A stretch of DNA of 64,000 bases. Source: a virus. Its lineage: Duplodnaviria > Heunggongvirae > Uroviricota > Caudoviricetes. The stretch's first letter is position 1; each line of letters starts with the position of its first letter. Below, piece after piece: positions 49,266 to 60,152 of this stretch. The stretch lies in the IMG/VR virus record IMGVR_UViG_2513237251_000004. The stretch is one strand, 5' to 3'. Below the pieces are notes generated by a model, which was given only the letters and a program-made list of their open reading frames with translations, did no database searches and had not been told where the DNA came from. The position numbers and the translations under genes are program-made.

Positions 49266-50531
49266 ATGAGCGGATTTGCACAGGGGTTACTTGCCGGATT
49301 CAGCACCGTTGACCAGGCAATGACCCGTCGTAAGGAGCTTGGTCTGCGTGAAGCACAGCTTGCCCGGCAACAGAAAAATAACGAGCGCGATTTTGAGTTT
49401 GCGCAGTCTCAGTTTGAACATAATAAAAACGTTGATCAGCGGAACTTTGATTACAGAGCCAAAGTTGACGACCGTAATTATGCACTGAAGGAGAGGGAGT
49501 TTAACGCTAACCAGAATTACCGGAATGCGTCACTGGGTATGGAGCAGCAGCGACTCCAGTTGCAGAAATACAACCAGCGACGGCTTGAGTATAACGATAT
49601 GATTGCCCATAGCCAGCCACTAATGGAAGCGCTTGGAAAAGCAATTGAGGCTGGCGATCAGGAGGCTGCAACGCGTCTGTTCGGGCAGCTGCCAAAGGGA
49701 CATCCATTAATTCTTATGTCAAACGAAGGCTATGCAGCGAAAGCGGGTCAGGCCGTGATCAACCTGCAAAAAATCTTTGGTGATAAGCCGGACATGGCGA
49801 TCGATTCGCTGAATACCCCGGAAAATCTCGATGTGCTTTCCGGCGTGTTTGCCCCGGAACTACAACAGCGTATTGGCATGCCTGATTCAACCGGGGACAA
49901 AACGATAAAAGAGGCCAGGATTGGCAGTATCGTACCAGCGCAGCAGGAAGGGTACGTACTTATTGGCCTTGATCTCACATACAGCGATGGCTCCACCGCG
50001 CATAAACCTGTAACAGAATACGGCAGTGCGCACCCTGATGATCAAACCGTGCTGGCGATACCCGTTGATAAGGCTATCGCTCAGGTCAGGGATCGCAGCA
50101 AATTTGCAGAGATATCGAAAAATTATGGTTATTTTATGCCGAAGCAGCAGGGACTTTCTCTGAAAGAGCTTCAGAAGGGGGCCAGCAACGTAGCGGCGGA
50201 CGCGATCAAGAATGGCGGTAATGCTCAGGCTGCGGTGGATGAATATTATGCTGCGACTGGTTCACAACCGCATCAACAGAAAATTCAGCAACAAAAACTT
50301 CAGCAACAGGTTATCAACTGGGCGGGAGATGATCCTGACAAGCTGTCATTTGCCAGAAATGTAGCGGCCCGTCAGCCTGAAATGCTGGAACCTCAGAATC
50401 AGAAATTGCTGGAGAACGGGTATGCGAATTTTCTCCGTATTCAAAAGGCCAGGGGGGAACAGGCCAGAGATGAAAGTGCTTCATCTGCATCTCAGTTTAT
50501 CCGTGGACTGAAACAGAATTACGCCCAGTAA
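49266..50531 (+). CDS. Internal virion protein
   Basis: 421-aa ORF followed by terminator. Confidence 0.45.
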   Translation: MSGFAQGLLAGFSTVDQAMTRRKELGLREAQLARQQKNNERDFEFAQSQFEHNKNVDQRNFDYRAKVDDRNYALKEREFNANQNYRNASLGMEQQRLQLQKYNQRRLEYNDMIAHSQPLMEALGKAIEAGDQEAATRLFGQLPKGHPLILMSNEGYAAKAGQAVINLQKIFGDKPDMAIDSLNTPENLDVLSGVFAPELQQRIGMPDSTGDKTIKEARIGSIVPAQQEGYVLIGLDLTYSDGSTAHKPVTEYGSAHPDDQTVLAIPVDKAIAQVRDRSKFAEISKNYGYFMPKQQGLSLKELQKGASNVAADAIKNGGNAQAAVDEYYAATGSQPHQQKIQQQKLQQQVINWAGDDPDKLSFARNVAARQPEMLEPQNQKLLENGYANFLRIQKARGEQARDESASSASQFIRGLKQNYAQ

Positions 50532-50564
50532 TTCACGATATTCCATTAATACCATTTCCTGATG

Positions 50565-50589
50565 CCCGGCCATTGTGCCGGGTTTTTTT
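50565..50589 (+). terminator. Rho-independent terminator preceding the giant gene
   Basis: CCCGGCCATTGTGCCGGG plus TTTTTTT. Confidence 0.55.
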
Positions 50590-50600
50590 ATGGAGTCTGT

Positions 50601-53600
50601 ATGGCCTATTCAGAGGAACAGCGTCCTGAGGCGCAACTCGGTAACCAGAATCGTAACAGCCTGAACATTCAGCAACCCGGCGAAACTGACAGCTATGAAG
50701 CATTTTTCTCTGATCCGAATCGCTGGAAGGATAACAGTACGTCGTTCAGCCTGGGCGATGTATTGCCAACAATGGGTAAAGGTTTCGCCCAGTCCGTCCG
50801 GGGAACAGGGGAAATGGCCCGTGGACTCGGTGATGCGATGATTCAGAGCCCGGTAAAAACAGGGGCGCGTATTTTAAATGAGTTCAGCCGTATGGGGCTG
50901 CCGGGTGTCGCAACTGTGCAGGATATTTTTGCCGGTGGCAGCAGGGGGGCTGATGAGGTCATCGATACCCTGCCTGATGGCAAAAACGCGGTTACTGATA
51001 TTGTCGGTAAAGGTCTGAAGGCAACCGGTAAGGCTGTCAGTGATGGTGCCAAAGCCACTGATGAATGGCTGACCGGTAAGATGTCGCCGGGTGCAGTTCG
51101 TGCGCTGAATACGCCGATGACCGAAGGCTATAATGATTCTGCGGTCTGGGTGGCGAAGGGTGTAAACCTGATTGGTGCGCTTGTACCTGATATGGTTGCT
51201 GGCGGTGTGGCTAGAAAGGTGGGTGATGTCACACTGCGAAAAATGCTGACCGCCGGGCTGGAGAAAAAATACATCGCGGCAGGGATGCAGCCGGAAAGAG
51301 CCACGGCACTGGCAGCAGAAGCTGTCGATAAAAAAATGCCGGATTTATTCCAGGCGGGCCTGATCACCCATTCCACTGTAAGTGCACAGGGGCAGAGTGC
51401 AATGGCGGCAGCAGATGCTGTTCTTAATGCTGATTACTCTGAGCTGGCGCAGTCACCGAAATTTCAGCAGACGTTTTTGTCCATTGACGCCGACCCGCAG
51501 CACGCACAGCTTACTGATCGCCAGAAAATGGATCTGGCAAAAGAGCGTGTTGCCGATGAGGTGCGCGCGCAGCTGGCAACCGATCCTGAATTGCTGGCTG
51601 TGAATGCCATGGCGGCAAAACTGGGTGACGCACAACTGTTTAATCTGGTGACACGAGGCACAGCGAAGACCGTTAAAAGCGGCATTGTCAGAAATGCCAC
51701 GGAACAGGGGGCGATTAATGCGGCGCAGGGCGGCTATTCACGCTATCAGGAAAACACGGCATTGCGTGAGACCGCCGGAATGGGTGTGTCACCGTGGGAG
51801 GGCGTGGCTGACGCAACGATCGAAGGTGCAGCCTTTGGTGCTGCGATGGGGGCTCCATTCGGTGCGGTTGCCGGATATCGTGGCAGACGTCAGGCCGCAG
51901 AAGAAACCGCCATGCGTGATGCTGAAACCGTGCAGCAGGACGACGCAGCCCCGCAACCAGAATCTGTTGATCCGGTGGCGCAGCAGCGTGAATCCATGCA
52001 GGGCATGAATCGCGAGCAGCTTCTGGAGCAGTATGCTGATGCGGATATGGCAACAGAGGGTGACGCATCCGCAGCTCATCGCCGGGAAGCTGCCAGCCAG
52101 TTGTTGAATGAACTGGACGAACAGACGAAGCGACAGGCTGTGATGAATGAGCTGAAGGCGAAGCCGCGTTCTGAACTGCTTGAGGAATACCGCAGACTCA
52201 GCCAGAAAGAGGGGCGCACCGAGACTGAAGAACAACAGTTTCAGGCAATACGAGAAGTCATTCGCCCACAACAGGAAGTGACGCCGGAAGCACAGTCACA
52301 GCCTGAAAATGCGGAGGATGGTAACGGGAGCATTTACCCGACGGTGCGGTTCCGGGACCCGAATGAAGTCCGCATTGAAATTAACGGGAATGGTGCGTCC
52401 AGACCAGCGGAACGCATTGAGAAGGTGCGCCCGGACAACCGTTATTTCACGGATGAGAAAAGCGCCATGGGGAGTGATGTTTTCCGTAATGCCGCCGCCA
52501 CCGGCCTGAAACCGTCCGTAGTGAAGAAAGGCGAGAATCAGTATGCCGTTGAAATGGATAATCCTGCGTTCTCTGAAGATGTGGCAACGGAAACCATTAA
52601 CACCCTGGCTGACGGAGAGCGTATTGCTGATGCTGACCCGATGGAGCAGCCCGCGTTCATGCGTGACCCGCGATTCCGTGGTTTCACGGGGGATGATACG
52701 GAGGTACAGGCCCGCCTTGCCCGTGGCAACGCGCCGACGGCAGAGGAGCTTGTACGTTCACAGATGGCTGAAGGTGATGCCGGTCCGACAGCACAGGAGT
52801 TAACTGAGCGTCCACGCCTGCCCGCTCCCGGCGATATTCATCCCGGACAGGGATATCCGTTACCGGGAGAAGTGGCGCGTACGCCGGATGAAAATCAGGC
52901 CGGACGTGGTGGTCGTTTTACCACAACCGGTGAGGTTAAGGGCCAGAGTTTCCAGAAAGGACAAGCTCCGGCACCGGAAAACGCCGCTGGTCGCCAGGGG
53001 GAAACACTCGAGGGTGACATGGTTCGTCGTGGTCTGCCGTCACCGGATGCGCAGAACGCGACAGCACCGGTACGTGAAGGGCTACCGGCTCCTGACATTG
53101 CGCGTAATGTTCGTATGCCTCAGCCTGAATCACTTCCCCGCACTGTACGGGACTCACTGCCTGAGCTTGCACAGCAGGCAGAAGTACGCCGACAGGCCGG
53201 AGGAAATCGTGACATCCCGCAGCCTGAGACAATCGCACCTGAATCTGAAACAACTGTCTCTACTGACAGGGAAGCTACCGTGCGCGGAGGTGAAGTCAGG
53301 GGCAAAAAAATTGAAGACTTTGGTGAAGAAATTAAGGGCGCGGCAAAACACCGTTATGCACAGCTTGCTGAAACACTGGGTAAAACGCTGGAAGACAGGG
53401 ATTATGCCACGCAGCCGCTGAGCAAACTGTTCCCGAAACCGGACTACGCAAAACTGGCGAACGAAGGTGCTGATGCTGATACCCTGGCAATGATAGCGCT
53501 GTATCGTAGCGATATTCCGGCGAAGACGAAACACAATACGGCAGGCTGGGGGGAGAGCATAAAAAAAGTACGACACAGTGTATCGGAAATGCTGAACGGA

Positions 53601-56600
53601 ACGGTCAGCGCGAAACGCCTCGCAGAATGGATGGAAGGCAGAATGCCCTCCCGTTACGCGGATACCTGGCAACTGTTACGCACTCTGCCACCCTCACAGA
53701 TGGACAGGGCTTCTGCTTATCGGGTGGTATCGGGTGTGTATCAGGCGGCAGGAGGGAAGCGTTACGATCCGCCACAGAAACTTTATTCACTGCGCAATAA
53801 GGACAATAAGGGGAGTAACCTCTTTTTCTCGGAAAGCAGGGATGAATTACTGGCAAAGGCGAAAGTCTGGTTTGCAGAGCAGGAGGAAAAATCACAGGCG
53901 AAAGGTGATGAAAAAACAGCACCGTCACCGGATGACAAAATCCGCTTTGACGTTTACCGGAATACCCGCAGTGGCGATATTTTTATCGCTTACGGTAAAA
54001 ACAAAATGCGGGTGAGAGGTGGCTTTAAGTCAGCCAGTGATGCGCGTAAGTACATTGATTCACATCGTGATGAGCTTGTTCGTCATGTGAAGGAGATGCG
54101 GGAGATTTCGCGTGAGGAGCAGCGCAACGCCACCAACCGCGACCGTACCGGACCAGAACGCCGCAAGGGGAATGTTTCACCGGAGCAGTTCAGTGATGCG
54201 TTTGGTTTCCGTGGTGTGCAGTTTGGTAACTACGTGGAAGGTCCGCGTCGTCAGGCTGATTTGAACCGGGCTTATGACTCGCTGCATGACCTTGCGGAAG
54301 TACTGAATGTACCGACAAAAGCGCTTTCCCTGAACGGTCGTCTTGGCCTGGCATTTGGTGCCCGTGGTAAGGGTAAGGCGGCGGCACACTATGAGTCAGG
54401 TGAGGTGGCAATCAACCTGACAAAAGGTAACGGACCGGGTGCGCTGGCGCACGAATGGTTCCATTCTCTGGATAATTATTTTGGTCGTTATGACGTTTCC
54501 AATGACGGGAAAATTACGTCAGGTGGCGACTTTATGACGGAAGCACAGCGTGTCAGGCGCATATTTAAAGACGGCAGGTATGTTGATGCTGAATATCCGG
54601 TACGTCAGGAGGTTTACGACGCTTTTAAAGGTGTGATTCAGGCCATTAAAAACAGTGACATGCCGCGTCGTTCAGCGCTTCTCGATAAGGTGCGCTCAAA
54701 ACCGTACTGGTCAACGGATGTTGAAATGGCGGCACGTGCCTTTGAGCGTTATGTTCAGGATAAGGCGCGTATGGCTGGCGTGGAGAATGATTATCTGGTC
54801 AATATCCGTAAGGCACCTGAGCACAACACAGATAACACCTACGCTTATCCGACGAATGCGGAACTGGATGGCGGTATTCGTGAGGCATTCGATCACCTGT
54901 TCCGCACCCTGAAAACCCGTGAGACGGACAAGGGCGTTGCGTTTTATTCCCGTAAGGGCGTTACCCGCACACCTGAAGGTAATCTCATTTCGGATGTTAA
55001 CCGTAGTGCGGAAGCCAAAGGCAGCCCGGTCCCGCAGGTTGAAGCGGTTGCCCGTGGCGTGATGAGCGGCATTAAGGACAGTGACCTGAAGGTCCGTGTG
55101 GTGAAGTCACAGAAAGAGGCTGAAGCGCTGGCGGGTGAATTGTTCGATGGTTACGGCAGGGTGCACGCATTCTATCGTCCGGATAAACGAGAAATTGTCC
55201 TGGTGGCGGATAACATCCCTGACGGGCGGACCGTTCGCGAGAAGCTGCGTCACGAGATCATTCACCATGCCATGGAGCATGTTGTCACACCAGCGGAATA
55301 TCAGACGATTATCAAAACCGTGCTGAAAACCCGCGACAGTGATAACGTCACCATCCGTGAAGCCTGGCGTAAGGTTGATGCTTCCTATGGTAAGGAATCA
55401 CCGGAAGTACAGGCGGGTGAATTTCTGGCACATATGGCGGAGAAACAGCCGAATAAATTCGTGGCGGCATGGGAGCGTGTTGTTGCCCTGGTCAAAGGGG
55501 TACTGCGTCGTACGGGGTTACTGAAGCCGACGGAACTGAACGATATCAGACTTGTTCGCGAGACCATCCGTACGTTAGGCCAGCGTGTGCGGGAAGGTTA
55601 CACGCCGCGTGAGGATGGCGCGGGCGCATCGTTTCAGTACTCCCGTAGTGGTAAACGTGATCCGTTCAAAGTGCCGGAAGGTGAGGGCGAGCGTTATCGT
55701 GATGACCTTGCCAGAATGATGAAATCTCTGCGCACCACAGATTTAACGGTAAACATCGGGCGTACGCCGCCGGTATTGCGTCACCTTGGTGCACCGGATT
55801 TGCCGCTGGTTATTTCCCGCGATACTGTGCGGAAGGCCACCAATGGTGTGAAACATGTGGTGCCGATGGATGTTATCGAGAGACTACCGGAACTGATGCA
55901 CGATCCGGATGCAATTTACCGCTCAGCGACAGAAAGAAATGCGGTTGTGATGCTGCTTGATGCCGTGGATAAAAATGGTGATCCGGTGGTGTCAGCGGTA
56001 CACATGAAGGCTGTCCGGTCGCGTCTGGAAATCAACAAGGTAGCTTCTGTTTACGGTACAGAAAATGGAAAAAAACTGAAGAGTATGGAAATGACCGGGT
56101 TAACGTTGTACCGGAGAGAAAAATTAAGCCGCGATAACCTTCTGCACAGAGGGCTCCAATTGCCCAAAGGGGAACATTCTTATCGCGGCTCTGCGGATAA
56201 AATACTCTATCCTGAAGATATTCGCAAGGGGCCGTATTACTCCCGTACCAGCAGTCTGACACCGGAAGAGACAATTGCATCGCGTTTTGTGCGCCAGATG
56301 CAGGATAAATTCCAGGTGCTGAAAGCTGTTCAGGAGAATATCCGTAAAACTGGCGGCAAAGTGGACGACAGTAACAACGCTTATATGGCGGAAGAACTCT
56401 TCCACGGGAAGGCGGAAAACGACCTGAACGTGATGAAGGAGCGCTACGTTCAGCCACTGGCTAAATTACTGGCGGACTACAAAATTGCGCAGGCCGATCT
56501 GGATGAGTACCTCTACGCCCGTCACGCGCCGGAACGTAACGCGCATATCGCGAAAATCAACCCGAAAATGCCGGACGGCGGTTCGGGGATGACCAACGCG

Positions 56601-58982
56601 GAAGCGGCGGAAATCATGCAGCGTGTACGTAACAGTGGCAAACAGGCACAGTATGACCGTCTGGCAGGGATTATTGACGATATGCTGGCCCGTCGCCGTG
56701 AGCTTATCCGTGAGGCCGGACTTGAAGAGAACGGTGTGGTGGATGCCTGGCAGAACGCCTACCGTTACTACGTTCCCCTGAAAGGTCAGGATGTTGACGG
56801 TGTGGTGTCACTGCCCCGTACAGGTAAGGGCTTCACCATCGGCGGACGTGAAAGCAGGCAGGCCATGGGGCGTGCATCCCGGGCACAGTCTCCGTCCACT
56901 CAGGCGATACAGGACCTGAGCGAATCGCTGATCCGCCATCGCAAAAACGAAGTGGGTAACGCCTTCCTGAAACTGGTGCAGGATAATCCCGACAAGGATT
57001 ACTGGCAGGTATTCACCGATGACAGACCGGATACCATGCGGACGATTGCAGAGCGCAAGGACCAGGAAACTGGTGAAACCATTCGCGAAGTTGTCGAACG
57101 CCCTGTACCGATGGCAATGATGGCAGACCGGTACTTCACCACCAAAAAGAACGGCAAAACGTACTACATCAAACTCCATGATCCGCGCCTGATGCGTGCG
57201 ATGAAGAGTATGGGACCGGAAACCAGCAATGCCTTTGTTCGTACGCTGGGGAAAGTTAACCGCTTCCTGGCAACGGTGAACACGTCGTATAACCCGGAAT
57301 TCCTGGTCAGTAACTTCATCCGTGACGTGCAGACGGCGGTGATGAACCTGAAGGCGGAGCAGGGAAGGAGCGACGGTAAACTGAAAGGGCTGGATAACTT
57401 ATCCGCCCTGGCTGTGGTGAAAGACAGCCGTTCTGCCATGTCAGCCGTATACGCCAGTCTGCGTGGTAAAACCCTCACGGGAAAAGGTGCACAGTGGCAG
57501 AAGGTGTGGAAAGAGTTTGTTGAGGACGGAGGGAAAACCGGCTGGTTTAACATGGGTGACCTTGAAGGCCAGCAGAAGGAAATGGATCGCCTTGTCTCAC
57601 TGGCGAAGGGGGGATGGAAAGGCCAGAGTATCGGTGCATGGAATTCGTTCCTTAACCTTGTCGAGGATGCCAACGGTGCGGTTGAAAACGCTCTGCGTCT
57701 TTCTGCCTATAAGCACGCCCGTGATGCCGGTTTGTCACGCCAGCAGGCGGCGTCTCTTGCCAAAAACATGACGGTGAACTTTAACCGTCGTGGTGAGCAG
57801 GGGGCGCTGATGAATTCGCTGTACATGTTCGCCAACGCCAGCATTCAGGGAACGGCAAATCTGGTGAGAACGCTCGGACATCTTAATGGTGAGGGACCTT
57901 TACTGGAGCGCCTTCGCTGGAAGAATCTGAATGTTCCGCAGAAAATCGCGCTTGCCGCTGTGGGAGCAGGTTATCTGCTTGGCTCGCTTAACCGCAGCGT
58001 GGCGGGTGAGGATGATGACGGGGTTAACTGGTATGACAAGGTGCCGTCTCATGTGAAAGAGCGTAACCTCGTCATTATGAAATCGGTGTTCGGGGGCAAG
58101 GCCGGAGAGTACTGGAGTATTCCTCTGCCTTACGGGTACAACGTTTTCTTCCTGCTCGGGCATACTGCTGAAGGTGTGGCGGCGGGTGACCTGACGGCGT
58201 CCCGTGCTGCCGGTAATGTTGTTGGTGGTGTGCTTGGTGCATTCAGCCCGATTGGCAGTGAGACGTCGGAAACACTGTCCGGGGCATTGCTGAAAAATGC
58301 AGCGCCGACCATTCTGCGTCCGTTTGCGAACCTTGCCATGAATGAAAACTTCATGGGGGCGCAGATTTACCAGGAGAACATGCCGTTTGGTACACCAAAA
58401 CCTGACAGCCAGCTGGGAAGACGTTCAACGCCAGAAGCGTACAAGGCGTTTGCATCCTGGCTGAATGCGTTCTCAGGTGGCAGCCAGTACCGTCCCGGCG
58501 CGGTGGATATCACACCGGAATCGCTGAAATTCTGGATTGACTATATCTCCGGAGGGACAGGGCGCTTCATTTCCAAAACCACGGATGCGGCGGTGAAATC
58601 GCTGAATGGTATTGATATACCGGAACAGCAGGTGCCCTTCCTGGGGAAAATTTCGGGGGAGGTGATGCCGTATGCAGACCAGCAGAAGATGTACGACCGG
58701 ATGACAGAGATTGCGCAGTATCACGCAGAGCTGAAGAGTCTGACCGGTGCAGAAAGAACGGCGTTCATTGACGAGAACAACGGAAAATTGTCGATGAACG
58801 GGCTTATGCAGGATACCCGGAAGAGACTGAAGGATTTGCGTAAACAGCGTGATGCCATTTACGCCGACAGTACTCTCAGTCTGGCGCAACAGTCGGCGAT
58901 GGTGAAATCGGTAGAGCGGGATATGAAAATTGCCGTGGATCGGTTTAACCGCGAGTACAACAAAAAAGTGGGAGTGGATTAA
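50601..58982 (+). CDS. Giant virion-associated protein (2793 aa) with internal HExxH zincin-like motif
   Basis: ATG at 50601 after terminator with GGAG RBS; uninterrupted frame of 8.4 kb; GALAHEWFHSLDNYFG near residue 1290. Confidence 0.65.
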   Translation: MAYSEEQRPEAQLGNQNRNSLNIQQPGETDSYEAFFSDPNRWKDNSTSFSLGDVLPTMGKGFAQSVRGTGEMARGLGDAMIQSPVKTGARILNEFSRMGLPGVATVQDIFAGGSRGADEVIDTLPDGKNAVTDIVGKGLKATGKAVSDGAKATDEWLTGKMSPGAVRALNTPMTEGYNDSAVWVAKGVNLIGALVPDMVAGGVARKVGDVTLRKMLTAGLEKKYIAAGMQPERATALAAEAVDKKMPDLFQAGLITHSTVSAQGQSAMAAADAVLNADYSELAQSPKFQQTFLSIDADPQHAQLTDRQKMDLAKERVADEVRAQLATDPELLAVNAMAAKLGDAQLFNLVTRGTAKTVKSGIVRNATEQGAINAAQGGYSRYQENTALRETAGMGVSPWEGVADATIEGAAFGAAMGAPFGAVAGYRGRRQAAEETAMRDAETVQQDDAAPQPESVDPVAQQRESMQGMNREQLLEQYADADMATEGDASAAHRREAASQLLNELDEQTKRQAVMNELKAKPRSELLEEYRRLSQKEGRTETEEQQFQAIREVIRPQQEVTPEAQSQPENAEDGNGSIYPTVRFRDPNEVRIEINGNGASRPAERIEKVRPDNRYFTDEKSAMGSDVFRNAAATGLKPSVVKKGENQYAVEMDNPAFSEDVATETINTLADGERIADADPMEQPAFMRDPRFRGFTGDDTEVQARLARGNAPTAEELVRSQMAEGDAGPTAQELTERPRLPAPGDIHPGQGYPLPGEVARTPDENQAGRGGRFTTTGEVKGQSFQKGQAPAPENAAGRQGETLEGDMVRRGLPSPDAQNATAPVREGLPAPDIARNVRMPQPESLPRTVRDSLPELAQQAEVRRQAGGNRDIPQPETIAPESETTVSTDREATVRGGEVRGKKIEDFGEEIKGAAKHRYAQLAETLGKTLEDRDYATQPLSKLFPKPDYAKLANEGADADTLAMIALYRSDIPAKTKHNTAGWGESIKKVRHSVSEMLNGTVSAKRLAEWMEGRMPSRYADTWQLLRTLPPSQMDRASAYRVVSGVYQAAGGKRYDPPQKLYSLRNKDNKGSNLFFSESRDELLAKAKVWFAEQEEKSQAKGDEKTAPSPDDKIRFDVYRNTRSGDIFIAYGKNKMRVRGGFKSASDARKYIDSHRDELVRHVKEMREISREEQRNATNRDRTGPERRKGNVSPEQFSDAFGFRGVQFGNYVEGPRRQADLNRAYDSLHDLAEVLNVPTKALSLNGRLGLAFGARGKGKAAAHYESGEVAINLTKGNGPGALAHEWFHSLDNYFGRYDVSNDGKITSGGDFMTEAQRVRRIFKDGRYVDAEYPVRQEVYDAFKGVIQAIKNSDMPRRSALLDKVRSKPYWSTDVEMAARAFERYVQDKARMAGVENDYLVNIRKAPEHNTDNTYAYPTNAELDGGIREAFDHLFRTLKTRETDKGVAFYSRKGVTRTPEGNLISDVNRSAEAKGSPVPQVEAVARGVMSGIKDSDLKVRVVKSQKEAEALAGELFDGYGRVHAFYRPDKREIVLVADNIPDGRTVREKLRHEIIHHAMEHVVTPAEYQTIIKTVLKTRDSDNVTIREAWRKVDASYGKESPEVQAGEFLAHMAEKQPNKFVAAWERVVALVKGVLRRTGLLKPTELNDIRLVRETIRTLGQRVREGYTPREDGAGASFQYSRSGKRDPFKVPEGEGERYRDDLARMMKSLRTTDLTVNIGRTPPVLRHLGAPDLPLVISRDTVRKATNGVKHVVPMDVIERLPELMHDPDAIYRSATERNAVVMLLDAVDKNGDPVVSAVHMKAVRSRLEINKVASVYGTENGKKLKSMEMTGLTLYRREKLSRDNLLHRGLQLPKGEHSYRGSADKILYPEDIRKGPYYSRTSSLTPEETIASRFVRQMQDKFQVLKAVQENIRKTGGKVDDSNNAYMAEELFHGKAENDLNVMKERYVQPLAKLLADYKIAQADLDEYLYARHAPERNAHIAKINPKMPDGGSGMTNAEAAEIMQRVRNSGKQAQYDRLAGIIDDMLARRRELIREAGLEENGVVDAWQNAYRYYVPLKGQDVDGVVSLPRTGKGFTIGGRESRQAMGRASRAQSPSTQAIQDLSESLIRHRKNEVGNAFLKLVQDNPDKDYWQVFTDDRPDTMRTIAERKDQETGETIREVVERPVPMAMMADRYFTTKKNGKTYYIKLHDPRLMRAMKSMGPETSNAFVRTLGKVNRFLATVNTSYNPEFLVSNFIRDVQTAVMNLKAEQGRSDGKLKGLDNLSALAVVKDSRSAMSAVYASLRGKTLTGKGAQWQKVWKEFVEDGGKTGWFNMGDLEGQQKEMDRLVSLAKGGWKGQSIGAWNSFLNLVEDANGAVENALRLSAYKHARDAGLSRQQAASLAKNMTVNFNRRGEQGALMNSLYMFANASIQGTANLVRTLGHLNGEGPLLERLRWKNLNVPQKIALAAVGAGYLLGSLNRSVAGEDDDGVNWYDKVPSHVKERNLVIMKSVFGGKAGEYWSIPLPYGYNVFFLLGHTAEGVAAGDLTASRAAGNVVGGVLGAFSPIGSETSETLSGALLKNAAPTILRPFANLAMNENFMGAQIYQENMPFGTPKPDSQLGRRSTPEAYKAFASWLNAFSGGSQYRPGAVDITPESLKFWIDYISGGTGRFISKTTDAAVKSLNGIDIPEQQVPFLGKISGEVMPYADQQKMYDRMTEIAQYHAELKSLTGAERTAFIDENNGKLSMNGLMQDTRKRLKDLRKQRDAIYADSTLSLAQQSAMVKSVERDMKIAVDRFNREYNKKVGVD

Positions 58983-59488
58983 CAGAAATGGCCCCGTACG
59001 GAAGTGCGGGGCTGATTAAGAAATAAACACTCATTGACCTGTAATAACCGGAGCTATTAACATATAGTCAGAAGAGCATTTCATGTGATACAGAGAGCCG
59101 ATTTATGTTTAATGAAGAAAAAGTTGCGCAAATGGCAGCGTATTTGCTGAAAAAGCATGGCGGATCTATGCGTTTCATTAAGCTGAAGCAGCAACGGTAA
59201 TGGCGAATAGCATTTATGAGCAAAATAATCTTGATATGTTATTAGGCGATCTGATGTAACCGGGATGATGTTCACCCCTTATCGCCGGGGAACAATACCG
59301 GCAATCAGAATTGCGGATGGAACTATTCAGGCCCACGATGATATCGATGAGGAGTTTTTTCAGCCAGTATTGGATGGCTTTCTTATATCCAAATATACGC
59401 CATTTGACATCCTCCACGCCCTGAAGGACGGGGTTTTACAGCGCACCGGATAAGATTCGGTGTTTTGTTGAAAAATACTGTGATAACA

Positions 59489-59515
59489 AACAGAAAACCC
59501 GTCAGTAAGACGGGC
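59489..59515 (-). terminator. Rho-independent terminator after BOF gene (minus strand)
   Basis: CCCGTCTTACTGACGGG hairpin followed by TTTTCTGTTT on minus strand. Confidence 0.55.
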
Positions 59516-59532
59516 TTAGCAAGCTGGGACGG

Positions 59533-59877
59533 TTACTTTAATAATTTCAGTGCCTTTACATCCACTTCAACACTGCTCAGGTCTTTATCAATTTCACCCT
59601 CAATTCTTACTTTGTCTTTCGGAGAAACATTCTGACCGGCCCATATGCTGTCATCGATATCCGTGACAATTGTCCCGCTATTGTCACGAAACTCATAACG
59701 TTCATCACCCACTTTTTTAACGATGCTCCCTTCAAGGATAACCCATGCATCATCCTTCAGTTCTTTTGCCTGCGCTACTGTTGAACGCTCTGCTTCAGGC
59801 CCTTGGAAACCGCCCTGCTGTGCAAAAGCGCCAAAAGACACACCAGAAATAAGTGCTGCAATCAATACCTTTTTCAT
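59533..59877 (-). CDS. BOF-family periplasmic OB-fold protein (YgiW/YdeI-like)
   Basis: Signal peptide plus ...DDAWVILEGSIVKKVGDERYEFRDNSGTIVTDID... resembling YgiW. Confidence 0.7.
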   Translation of the reverse strand: MKKVLIAALISGVSFGAFAQQGGFQGPEAERSTVAQAKELKDDAWVILEGSIVKKVGDERYEFRDNSGTIVTDIDDSIWAGQNVSPKDKVRIEGEIDKDLSSVEVDVKALKLLK

Positions 59878-59996
59878 TCATAGTCCTCTTTCAGAGATGA
59901 ACATTCAAACAGCATTTTCAGTATGGTAAAGCGCGGGTGCGTTGAGGATGCCTGACACATCAGAGGTGGCGGGAGATTACTCCCCCGCTTGGTCTC

Positions 59997-60152
59997 TTAC
60001 TTCTCAGATTCGTAGTCTACGAAGACAGCGACCTCCGTCTGACCGGTTCGGATTCGCACCTCGCAGAGGTCTTTCCTCGTTACCAGTGCCGTCACTATGA
60101 CGGTTAAACAGATGACGATCAGGGCGATTAACATCGCCTTTTGCTGCTTCAT
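59997..60152 (-). CDS. hok: Hok-family type I toxin
   Basis: MKQQKAMLIALIVICLTVIVTALVTRKDLCEVRIRTGQTEVAVF... from ATG at 60152 with AAGGAG RBS; near-identical to HokC/Gef. Confidence 0.8.
   Translation of the reverse strand: MKQQKAMLIALIVICLTVIVTALVTRKDLCEVRIRTGQTEVAVFVDYESEK

Noticed and set aside
51128-58889. Numerous plus- and minus-strand ORFs within 50562-58982
   Set aside because: All are nested in or antisense to the single uninterrupted 8.4-kb reading frame
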